A stretch of 64,000 nt of DNA from the human T2T-CHM13v2.0 reference genome, Homo sapiens, in NCBI RefSeq assembly GCF_009914755.1, contig NC_060939.1; one strand, given 5' to 3'. A program made the translations under genes and the position numbers. This document shows positions 16,922-27,949 of the stretch, in pieces. The notes beneath the pieces were generated by a model. That model saw only the letters and a program-made list of their open reading frames with translations, did no database searches and was not told the origin of the DNA. Each line of letters opens with the position of its first letter. Within the stretch, counting starts at the first letter, position 1.

Positions 16922-18843
16922 GAGTGAGTTATCTTCAAAAGAAATAGATTTGACTTACACTGTAACTGCTGTTCCAGATGTGGTTTCTCTGCTGGAGAAA
17001 CTCAGTGCATTCACTGGCACCTGGAATGCATCTGTGGATTTGAAAATGCTTTTCTTCTCTCTCTCAATAAATAAAAATATCAGCAGAAATTTGACTGAAT
17101 GAAGAGGGGCAGCAATATACCTTTTCTGCCTTGCCTCATGGTTTTAACAGTGTCCTAATTCATTTCTAGGGCCCTTGACTATCGCTTAATTCCAAAGGAT
17201 ATCTTGCCAGTCTGCTACATGAATATTATCATATTGATAGCACCTAGAGAAAAAGAATGAATGGGTATCATAAATGCCTTGGCAAGACACATGCAGGGTA
17301 TAGATTTGGAGATCAGTTCCACAAAAATGCACAGGCATACCACCTCAGTGAATTTTCTGGTGATCCATTGATCTGGAACCTCAAAGTGAAGGTTGATGAA
17401 CATTTGTCACCTAACACTAAGGAGAAAAATGCTTAGTGGGGCTTTTTGTTTTTAGGAGCAAATTGTATCCCAAGTGAGAGTTCTACTCCCTCCCAATTAT
17501 GTGAGCTTCCAAATATGAATGGAGCCCAGAACAAATTACTTTTCCCCAGTGATCTAGGTTTCAAGACAAATAGCTATGGTCCTTGGTCTTTATAAAGCAC
17601 CAGGTTCAATAATGCTGGGCATATTTGTGGTCATTGAGGATGAAGTCCTAGTTTTGGGGACAAAACCACCTTCTTTAAACAGATAAACATGCCACTTCTA
17701 AGAACAAGTTATTGGTTTGCTATTCATTTCTCGTGATGACTAAGTTTCTGATCATAAGAGCCATATAATCATGACACTTGAGTCAAATTTCCCATTATGA
17801 TGGAGTTTTATATGATCTACCTATTTATAAAGTGAACACACAAACTATCCTCCATCATAAAATAGAAGTGGTTCAAATAGGGTTAGGATCAAGCAGGTCC
17901 TAAGGACACAAGACAAATAAGTAGCATCTGACTTTCTTACTCCTTAAAAACTGTATGTATTAACTAGCTATGAGCAAGTTTTCTATGACTTTTCATGATA
18001 TGTGGCACCAGGAGAGTTGTTCCCTAAAAAAGGTAGAGAATAATTTTAAGTCTTGTATGTTGTTCCTCCACTTCATGGCAAAGTGTGTCTAGATGAAGAG
18101 ATGTCTTAAAATCAGGATGTATTGTATGTATAGCAGTCCATGAGGAATGGCCAATGGCTTGTCCATGTGACCAGGGGGTTGAAGGTACAAGTTTGTAAAA
18201 TTATAACAAGAGGGTTTAGGGATGAGGTATATACTTTTCAGAAAAATTGCAGTTTGAGATTATTTTGGAATGTTTACCTAAGATCATACCCACAGCAGAG
18301 GAGGCTCTTAGTAATCAGTGGTGGTTTTCTGGAAGTGTCTCTCCCTTATGTTAGTTACATAAATGCTTCAAGAGTCATGAAACAAGGTGAGATGTTCAAG
18401 ATGGGCTTATAAACATGGACTTCCCCTTCACCAAGACTATTCAGGCCACTTCTACTAATGGGTGTCCAATTTGCCATCCAGTGAGTGATACAAAAATCCA
18501 CATATATATTACACCTGAGATGACCAGTCAGGTGTCTGGTAGCAGGATAATAACTCTGAAATCCGTCTAAGATAGAGGTTGCAAATATTTCCACACTGGA
18601 ATATATACTTAACGTGAATTTGGATTTGTTGTCCTTGGCCATCAAGCATCTGCAAGCAGTACTATTAAGGGACTTCCTTATTGCTCTACCCTTGGTACAG
18701 ATTTTCACATAACATTGTTTGTAATGAAAATGGTTAAGAGAAAAAAGGACAGGGGAAAGACTGCCATGTTTTGATTCATTATCCTTGGCATATTTGCCAT
18801 AACTCAGAAGCGTCTATCATTATAGGATATTGGAAATGGCCTA

Positions 18844-19152
18844 TTGAAGTTTCAGTTACAGTATTGGTATGACTTTAAAAGTTTTTTGCATCTTGTTCCA
18901 ATAAGTTGGGGTCTGCTGGTTGGAGGTATTAATCCACAAGGAAGAATGTTTCCAGTAAGACAGACAACAATGTTTCCATTGAATTGGAAGCTCATATTGC
19001 CATCTGGCCATACTCAGCTTCTTATGACTCCAGGAAAAGAGGAAATGATATGGATTTTAGTGCTGGCTGGTGTAATTGATCCTAACCATGAAGGACAAAG
19101 TGGATTACTACTTTACAATGGAGCAAGAGAATTGTGGGTGGAACCCAGGTAG
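18844..19152 (+). pseudogene. ERV-L dUTPase remnant
   Basis: TTMFPLNWKLILPSGH...VLAGVIDPNHEG..LLLYNG resembles the ERV-L dUTPase located after integrase. Confidence 0.85.
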
Positions 19153-19743
19153 TCTCTCGGGATACCTTCTTATCCTACTATTTATAGTAGTAAAAGTAGA
19201 TGGTAGAAAAGAATCACAAACTGGAAAGGCTGTCAGAGACTTGGAATCAACAACAATAAAGGCTGGGGTAACTCATTAGGTTAAATGTCAACACCTAACC
19301 GGTCAGCTGGGGCGCTGGTTGAAGGCAGAGCATGCAGAATGGACAAGAAAGGAGAAAAGTCATAAATATGAGTTACACTTTCACACGCTGCTATAGAAAT
19401 TTGATTACTATCCTCTAGACTTTCTATTTTTACAGAGTGATGAATACATTTATATATCTTAGCTCCTAATTCATTTTCTTCTTCTTTTAGTACTGCATTT
19501 GGGGTATGCTACTAAACACTTGTTCATGAAAGCAGAATTTAAACATGGGATTGTGATTTTATAGGAAGAATGAACATCTTCCTGTTTGGACTTGGAGTTG
19601 TGTGAAATCACTGATAAGATGCTGAAGGGTCTCCATTTGGGGGAAAGAGTGAGTATGTTTATTGTTGCATAGGTGCATGATGTCCCAAGTATCCATTTCT
19701 TTTTTTCCTTTCTGGCAGGATAGATTTAGGAAGAGGCATTTAT

Positions 19744-21506
19744 AACCATACCTCAAAGATATTGTGGGTTCAGTTCTAGACCACTACAATAAAGTGACTA
19801 TCACAATAAAATGAGTCACATGAATTTTTTGCTTTCCAAGTGCACATAAAAATTATGTTTGCACTATACTGTAGTCTGTTAAGTGCGCAATAGCACTAGG
19901 TCTAAAAATGTACACACCTCAATCAAAAATAATTTATTGCTAAAACACACTAACAATCACCTGAGCCTTTAGTGAGCAGTAGTCTTTTTACTGGAGGAGG
20001 GTCTTACCTTGATGCATAGGGCTGCTGACTGATCAGGGTGGTGGCTGCTGAAGGTTAGGGTGGCTGTGGCTGTGGCAATTTTTTTTTATTAAGACAACAA
20101 TGAAGTTTGTCACAATGATTGACTATTCCTTTCATAAAAGATTTCTTTGTAGCATGCAGTGCAATTTTATAGCATTTTACCCATGTAGAACATCTTTCAA
20201 AATTAGAGTCAATCCTCCCCAAGTTGCTGCTATTTTATTAACTAAATTTGTGTAATATTCTAAGTCCTTTGTTGCCATTTCAGCAATGTCCATAGCGTCT
20301 TCCCCAGGAGCAGATTCCATCGCAAGAAACCAGTTTCTTTGCTTATCTATAAGAAGCAACTCCTTATCTGTTAGTTTTATCATGAGATTGCAGTGTTAGC
20401 CCCATCTTCAGGCTCCAATTCTAATTCTAGTTCCCTTGCTATTTCCACCACATCTACAGTTACTTCTTCCACTGAAGCCTTGAACCCCTCAAAGTCATCC
20501 ACAAGGATTGGAATCAACTTCTTTCAAACTCCTGTGAACGTGGATGTTTTGATATTCTCCTGTCAATCACAAATGCTCTTAATGGCATCTACAATGGTGA
20601 ATCTTTTCCAGATGATTTTCAATTTTTTTTACCCAGATCCATCACAGAAATCACTATCTATGACAGGTATAGACTTCCAAAATGTGTTTGTTAACTATTA
20701 AGACTGAAAGTTGAAATACTCCTTGGTCCCTGGACTGCAGAGTGGATGTTGTGTTAGCAGGCATGAAAACAACATTAATCTCTTTGTATACCTCCATTAG
20801 AGCTCTTGGATGACCAGGTACTTTGTTAATGAGCAGTAATATTTTGAAAGGAATCTTTCTTTTTCTCCTGAGCAGTAGGTTTACTTAAAATATTCAGTAA
20901 ACCATCTTGTGACAGAGATACTGTCATCCAGGCTTTGTTTTTCATTTCCAGAGCACAGGCTGAGCAGACTCAGAATAATTCTTAAGAATCTTAAGATTTT
21001 CTGAATCGTAAATGAGCACTGACTTCAACTTAAAGTCATCAGCTGCATTAGTTCCTAACAAGAGAGTCAGCCTGTCTTTTGAAGCTTTGAAGCCAGGCTT
21101 TGACTTATCTTCTCTAGCTATGAAAGTCCTAGATGGCATCATCTTCCAGTAGAAGGCTGGCTGTTTCATCTACCTTGAAAATATATTGTTTAATGTAGCC
21201 ACCTTCATCAATGATCTTAACTAGACCTGGATAACCTGCTGCAGTTTCTACAACAGCTCTTGCTGCTTCACCTTGCACTTTTATGTTATCAAGATGGCTT
21301 CTTTTCTTAAGCTTCATGAATCAATAGTTTCAAACTTTTCTTCTGCAGTTTTCTCATCTCTCTCAGACATCATGAACTTGAGAAGGGTTAGGACCTTCCT
21401 CTGGATTAAGCTTTGGCTTAAGGGAATGTTGCTAATCACAGGATTGCCAGAAATCTTCAATATGAAAAAATTTGCAACTATGCGAAGCACAAACAAGGTA
21501 GGCCTG
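19744..21506 (-). mobile_element. Tigger1 DNA transposon with internal deletion
   Basis: Both ends recognisable (CATACCTC..AGATATTG.GGGTTCAGTT; ..AGGTAGGCCTG); minus-strand ORFs [35 protein letters not shown] are Tigger1 (TIGD1-like) transposase. Confidence 0.93.
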
Positions 21507-23289
21507 ATACTCAGATGACAGACAGGGTCCTTTTCCTATTCTCTTGACTACTCAGCATCTGTATGCTTTCTGTGGTTTGGGCAAGTTCACCACTGTGTCA
21601 GTTTTGGGAGGATTCCATTTCAGAAATGGAAAGGACCGTGTCTTCTCTCTTCTCAGTTGGAGAAGGCTCAACTATCTGGGACTTTATGTTGAAGGAGAGA
21701 TGCAAAGACACAGGAGCATTTTAGAAACAATTTAATTTGGTCTGAGAGGTGTTAATGATGAGTGGTGGAGGTGTTGCAGTTTCAGAAACTAAGCAGCAGG
21801 TGTGTTAGGGTAGTGGCTCTGGAGTAGTTTCCTTCAAGAGTCCTCCTGTCTGGAGTCCTTGTCTGTCTATGTTTCTTACCAGCAGCCCCCCACTGCACCC
21901 TGACTCCTGCTCTTTTCTTATGCCTGTCCATGTGCCCTCCTTTAAAGATTCTGAGCTCTTTGATATCCTCTGTGGTCAAGTGAAACAGAATGAGAATCTG
22001 TGGCCTCCAACTCTAGCTAATACAATATGTTTTGTTAACATTTGTATAGTGTTATATAACACTATATTCTAATTTTAAATATTCTCAAAACTATTTTGAT
22101 TTTATAAATACATCCATTATAAATATATCAAGTTATTGCTAAGTTATCATATATTTTTAAAATTTTCTTTTCATTCTCTAACCTGTCATTCATTGTCAGT
22201 ATTCGTGAGATGTAATGGTAAAATCACATTTTTCCTGTAACAATGTTCTTCATCTGAATGAGGAGCCACTGCTTAGTTAACTTAAGCAGGTATAAAATTC
22301 ATTTTAATTTTTCCTCTTACAATCAGATTCCTGATAACAATCACAAAGCACCTTTTCATGTGACACTCTGTTAAGTGTGATGTAGAGACTGAATAAACAG
22401 ACACAGAGACCTTCTCCCAAAGGCAGCTTGCAGCCTAAGAGAGAACCATGATTATAAATAAACATGAACATTCATAGACTAGGACAGACATGGGGGAAAT
22501 TAATATTTTTATCTATTTATTTGATATGGAGTACAATGGTTGGGTGTCAGGAGAAAGATTGGTTGAAAAATAATGTTTTTATATGAAAAAGGAACATGCA
22601 AAATTTAAGAGCTTCTTTTTTTCCAATTGTCAGTGTAATTATTCAACTTGGTGGTAAACTTTACAGATTCAAAATGAGTTCTTCCTCTATTCATTAAGAT
22701 AGCATCAAGAATGCTTAGCATAGACAGCATATGTCTGTACAGGACAATGCGTTATGTCTGACTGCTAAAAAATCCCTCATGAAGTTGAGTGTTCTGTCTT
22801 TTTGACATTTGAGCTTCTGGCATACTAATTTCATCTAATACAATACAGTCAGATCCTCCGGATGTGTCTTCATATTGATCAGTTTCATATAAATAGTTGG
22901 TCTTTGTTCCTTTTAAGACAGAATCCCAGAAGTAGCAGTTGGGCTAATAATGACAAAGAAACCAACCAAACCAAACAAACAAACAACAACAAAAAAAACC
23001 CCGTGCATTTATTTTCATGTTATTTATCAGATAGAGTTGAAGTTCTGAACAATTAATGTTCAATCTTAGAAAATGTTTAGCAATTGGATGTATTGTACTA
23101 GCAATTAAGACATCACAGGGAAGTTAAAATATTTTAAAGCTTTTTATAAAATTTGACAGAAGTCAAAAATACTTAACATTTCCCCTATCAAATCTCAGCT
23201 AGGCAATCATCTGATCTTAAAAAAAAAAGTCTAAAATAAATATGACAAGCATTGTTCATTACCTACTGGCATCAGCTGGTCGACATTTG

Positions 23290-23762
23290 CCCCCTTCTTG
23301 AGCTGTCTACTTCACGAGAAACTGTCCTTCTCCAAAGCAAGAAAAAAAATGCTGATTTGTCTAGGTTAACCATGGTGATTTAATGACCCTGTTTATAGCA
23401 TTTGGTTCAGAAGTGAGCTTCTGACACAGTTCTGGCCAGTGGGGCTTAGGTAGAGATTTTGAGAAAGTTTCTCTTGCTGTTAAAATGGGAAACTTTTTTT
23501 CCTCTTTTAGGATATGGTGCTTGGGACTACTGCAGTCACATTACAACCAAGAAAAATAAGTCGTGAGGACAAGGGCCAGTGTGCAAATATTTGCAAAGCA
23601 GGAAGACCAAAAGAACCTGGCTCATGGATGACATCATTAAGTCAGTGGATTATCCTTGGAATTGACTTACCTCTGGGCTATGCGTGACATATGAAACTCA
23701 TTATTATGGAAAACACTTTTTGCTAGGTTTTGTGTACTTGCAGGTAAAACACTCTAATGATT
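23290..23762 (+). mobile_element. ancient ERVL/MaLR-type LTR (MLT1J/LTR33-like)
   Basis: GACACAGTTCTGGCCA, AAAGAACCTGG..GATGACATCATT, TACTTGCAG..AAAACACTCTAA end motifs. Confidence 0.6.
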
Positions 23763-24289
23763 TAACAAATGTCTTCATTACAAAAAAAAACCCTGAAATT
23801 GCTATTCAAGTGTATGTTAGAATGACACTGTTTTAAAGATGCGTTGATTTGATTCTACTAGGAAAGCAAATCCTCTACAAACTTGAGTTCTTGATCATTG
23901 GCATGATCAGTTGCCACCACTGAGTTTTTGCACTATTGCTGAGAATCATAGAGAACATTTGGAGCAGATAGGAGGGATTCTGCGTTGTGGACTAGTCTGT
24001 CATTGACTGAGATGGCTTGCATTTGGCCATTATTATTATCATCATCATTAACATCAACTCTTTGGTAATCACTGGTGCTCTCTGGTCCTCAGTTTTCTTA
24101 TGAGTGAGGTGATGTGATTACATAGGTTGGTTTCTAAAAATTTCTTCCAGCTCGAAATTTCTGTCTAGCTTTATTTATATTAAAATCAGAACATGTTTCT
24201 TGTAAGAAGTAATTTACAAAATGTCTTGAATCCTGGGAAGGTTTTTGCATTGGTTTCCTTTCCTTTCTATGAAGTTAAAGGTTATGGAC

Positions 24290-24740
24290 TTTGACATAAA
24301 CCCTGCAGCAGGCACTGGGCGTAAAACACTGGACAACACAGATGTGATCCATGCCCTCACTGACCAATGGAAGAGAATCATTAAACAAATAATTACAAAT
24401 CTGATAACAAAGACACTCAATGTGATCCGGAGTGTCTGAGATTATACCCCCAGGGAAATGGACTTGAAGCTGGGGCTTTATGGATGTGTACAACTTATCC
24501 ATTTAAGTGGGAGATTCACGGCTTAAAAAAGAGGAGAGTATGGGTAAGTTTGCATAATAGAGTAAACCTTGAATATATTTGAGAAACAGAAAGGAATTCA
24601 ACGGTGTTGGGGCAATGGACAAAGAAGTGTGAGATGAGGCTGAATAACAAGACAGGGAGTTGTCATGAAACACATGTGTATTGTGTAGTTTGTTGATGGA
24701 CAATGGACATTGCATTTTGGGGGCATAACAGGCAGGCAAA
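24290..24740 (-). mobile_element. L2 fragment
   Basis: CAGGCACTG..ACAACACAGATGTGATCCATGCCCTCA..TAAACAAATAATTACA antisense L2 3' motifs. Confidence 0.6.
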
Positions 24741-24875
24741 GTTGGAGGGATTCATGCTTTTGTCTCCCTAGACAAGCCTGCTTTTCTCTCTCTTCCTGAA
24801 TATGTGTCAACATTCTTTGAATATAGCCTATCTATCTCTGTGAATGCTTCATTGTAAGACCTTCACTTCTGGTGC

Positions 24876-24949
24876 AAGGTGACCTTACATATGAGGTTCA
24901 CCAATTCAGCAGAAGGTGACCTTACATATGAGGTTCACCAATTCAGCAG
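24876..24949. repeat. perfect 37-bp tandem duplication
   Basis: AAGGTGACCTTACATATGAGGTTCACCAATTCAGCAG twice (24876-24912, 24913-24949). Confidence 0.98.
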
Positions 24950-25668
24950 AACAAATCAAAGTGGAATGAATCATAGGAATAGTTTAGAAATGGTTTGGTG
25001 AGCAGATAAATATTTTGTAGGCAATTGAGTGCCAAAATGGATGATTTTACCATGTAAACTGGAATGAAAATAAATAAAAGGGAAAGTCTAGCATTGAAAA
25101 ATAAAATAACTAAAATTAATTATTGAATAAATGGGTTTCACAGCAGACTAAACAGAAGAATATAAGACCTGTTAACTGAAAGATACTCCACTAGAAGAGA
25201 TCCATATTAAGCAGACACCAAAATCTGTGAAAAATTACATATAAGAGTGCAAGCGTATTTGTAAAGCAATGAAAATAAAAATTGCTTGAAATTTGAAAAC
25301 ACCTTAAAGATAGGGGAGAAAGAATGGCACTGAAGCTACATTTTGAAATCATATTGGTCAAGAATTTTCTAAAACTGGTGAAAAGCATCAAGCCGTAGTT
25401 TGCAAGAGGCTATAAACATAGATCAAGATAAATACAAAGAAAACTACATGAAAGCATATCACAGGTAAAAAGACTAAAAATAAAAAATACAGAAAAAAAT
25501 TTAAAAGCAGCTGAAGAACTATAATGAAACACTACTATAAAATTTCAACAGTAAAGCTGACAGTTGACTTTACATTACAAATGATGGGAAAGAGAAGAAA
25601 ATTGAATGATACTTTTAAAGTGCTTAAAATAACTACTAACCTTAAATTCTATATCTACCTAAACCAGT

Positions 25669-26978
25669 TTTTTTTTTTAATTATACTTTAAGTTCTAGGA
25701 TACATGTGCACAACGTGCAGGTTTGTTACATATGTATACATGTGCCATGTTGGTGTGCTGCACCCATTAACTCGTCTTTTATGTTAGGTATATCCCCTAA
25801 TGCTATCCCTCCCCGCTCCCTCCACCCCATGACAGGCCCTGGTGTGTGATGTTCCCCTTCTTGTGTCCAAGTGTTCTCATTGTTCAATTCCCACCTATGA
25901 GTGAGAACAGGCGGTGTTTGGTTTTTTTGTCCTTGCGATAGTTTGCTGAGAATGATGGTTTCCAGCTTCATCCATGTCCCTACAAAGGACGTGAACTCAT
26001 CATTTTTTATGGCTGCATAGTATTCCATGGTGTATATGTGCCACATTTTCTCAATCCAGTCTGTCATTGATGGACATTTGGGTTGGTTCCAAGTCTTTGC
26101 TATTGTGAATAGTGCCGCAATAAACATACGTGTGCATGTGTCTTTATAGCAGCATGATTTCTAATTCTTTGGGTATATACCCAGTAATGGGATGGCTGGG
26201 TCAAATAGGATTTCTAGTTCTAGATCCCTGAGGAATCGCCACACTGCCTTCCACAATGGTTGAACTAGTTTACAGTCCCACCAACAGTGTAAAAGTGTTC
26301 CTATTTCTCCACATCCTCTCCAGCACCTGTTGTTTCCTGACTTTTTAATGATTGCCATTCTAACTGGTGTGAGATGGTATCTCATGGTGGTTTTGATTTG
26401 CATTTCTCTGATGGCCAGTGATGATGAGCATTTTTTCATGTGTCTTTTGGCTGCATAAATGTCTTGTTTTGAGAAATGTCTGTTCATATCCTTCACCCAC
26501 TTTTTGCTGGGGTTGTTTGTTTTTTTTCTTGTACATTTGTTTAAGTTCTTTGTAGATTCTGGATATTAGCCCTTTGTCAGATGAGTAGATTGCAAAAAAT
26601 TTCTCTCATTCTGTAGGTTGCCTGTTTGCTCTGATGATAGTTTCTTTTGCTGTGCAGAAGCTCTTTAGTTTAATTAAATCCCATTCGTCAATTGTGGCTT
26701 TTGTTGCCATTGCTTTTGGTGTTCTAGAAATGAAGTCCTTGCCCATGCCTATGTCCTGAATGGTATTGCCTGGGTTTTCTTCTAGGGATTTTATGGTTTT
26801 AGGTCTAACATTTAAGTCTTTAACCTATCTTGACTTAATTTTTGTACAAGGTATAACGAAGGGATCCAGTTTCAGCTTTCTCCGTATGGCTAGCTAGTTC
26901 TCCCAGCACCATTTATTAAATAGAGGGGAATCCTTTCCCCATTGCTTGTTTTTGTCATATTTGTCAAAGCTCAGATGC
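25669..26978 (-). mobile_element. 5'-truncated L1PA (~1.3 kb)
   Basis: ORF2 C-terminus ([28 protein letters not shown]; MFIAALFTIAKTWNQPKCPS) split by an in-frame TAG; TSD AAACCAGTTTTTTT at 25661-25674 and 26980-26993. Confidence 0.97.
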
Positions 26979-27949
26979 AAAACCAGTTTTTTTAAAAAAA
27001 GAAGGTTACAGACATCTTGACACATATACATGATGGAGGTAATTTATTTCAAGGAACATATATTAAAAGAACTATTAAAGAGAGGTTTTTGGGAAGAAAA
27101 AACCGTGACTTTAAGATAAGGAAACGAAGAAAGAACTGAAGAGCCAAAAAATTAAATATCAATGGCACAAAATAAGTGTATGTATTCGAATAGATTTTGA
27201 ATATGTAAAGTAACACTGCATTATTTGAAGTATTAACATATGAAGGACTTAAACTCTCCAAGAAGTGGTACGCATTAATTTATATTAGCTTTTAAATCAG
27301 GGATGAATTTGGTTATCTCTATGGTAATAAAATGAAAGAAAGGAAAATAATATGTAACTAAAATTATAATAGAGGAGAAAAGTAGAATGATAAAAAATTC
27401 TTGCTTCACCCAAATCATGGTAGAAAGAGAAGAAAAAAAATACATTGACAAACAGGAAAAATAGTAAGATGGAGAATTTAATTACAAGTATATCAATAGT
27501 AACATTAAATTACATTAAATATAAATAGAGGCTCTAATTAAAACATTGTATACATTTCTGACAATGATCATCAAATTGGGCAAAATGAACTATTATACAT
27601 ATATATCTACATACGAAAAACATAAATGGTATATATGAACTTTATATCATATATGTGTAGGATTTAGAAGATATGTGTATAAACACACACACCCACAAAT
27701 ACAGTTTAAAAAATTAAAAAAGAAAATTTAGCCACACAAAGACTAAACAAAAGAATGCCAATGTAGCTATCATAATAGAAAACAATGTAGATTTTATGGC
27801 AAAAATATTTCATAATAAGAGAAAAGGTTCAATCTACCAGGATGATACAAAAATTATAAATATTTATGCATTTAAAATGGTAGCCTCAAGAAAAAAATGG
27901 AAATTTATAAAACTAAAAGGAGAAATAGATAATTTACAATTAGTGTATA

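Larger units (their letters stand above)
14250..19690 (+). mobile_element. decayed ERV-L internal region (gag-pol-dUTPase relic)
   Basis: Translated remnants PLEL..IVNKKQYPIP..EISATIKDLRKAGVVIP (ERV-L RT) and PLNWKLILPSGH..VLAGVIDP (ERV-L dUTPase); many stops and frameshifts. Confidence 0.9.

Noticed and set aside
20177-21496. Possible domesticated TIGD1-like gene
   Set aside because: Transposase is split over several frames by stops and frameshifts and lacks its N-terminal part.
24876-24949. CRISPR-like 37-bp palindromic repeat
   Set aside because: Only two adjacent copies, no spacer, eukaryotic context, no cas genes.
25726-26496. ORFs of 133 and 111 aa with clear protein similarity
   Set aside because: C-terminus of L1 ORF2 in a 5'-truncated copy with an in-frame stop; not a host gene.
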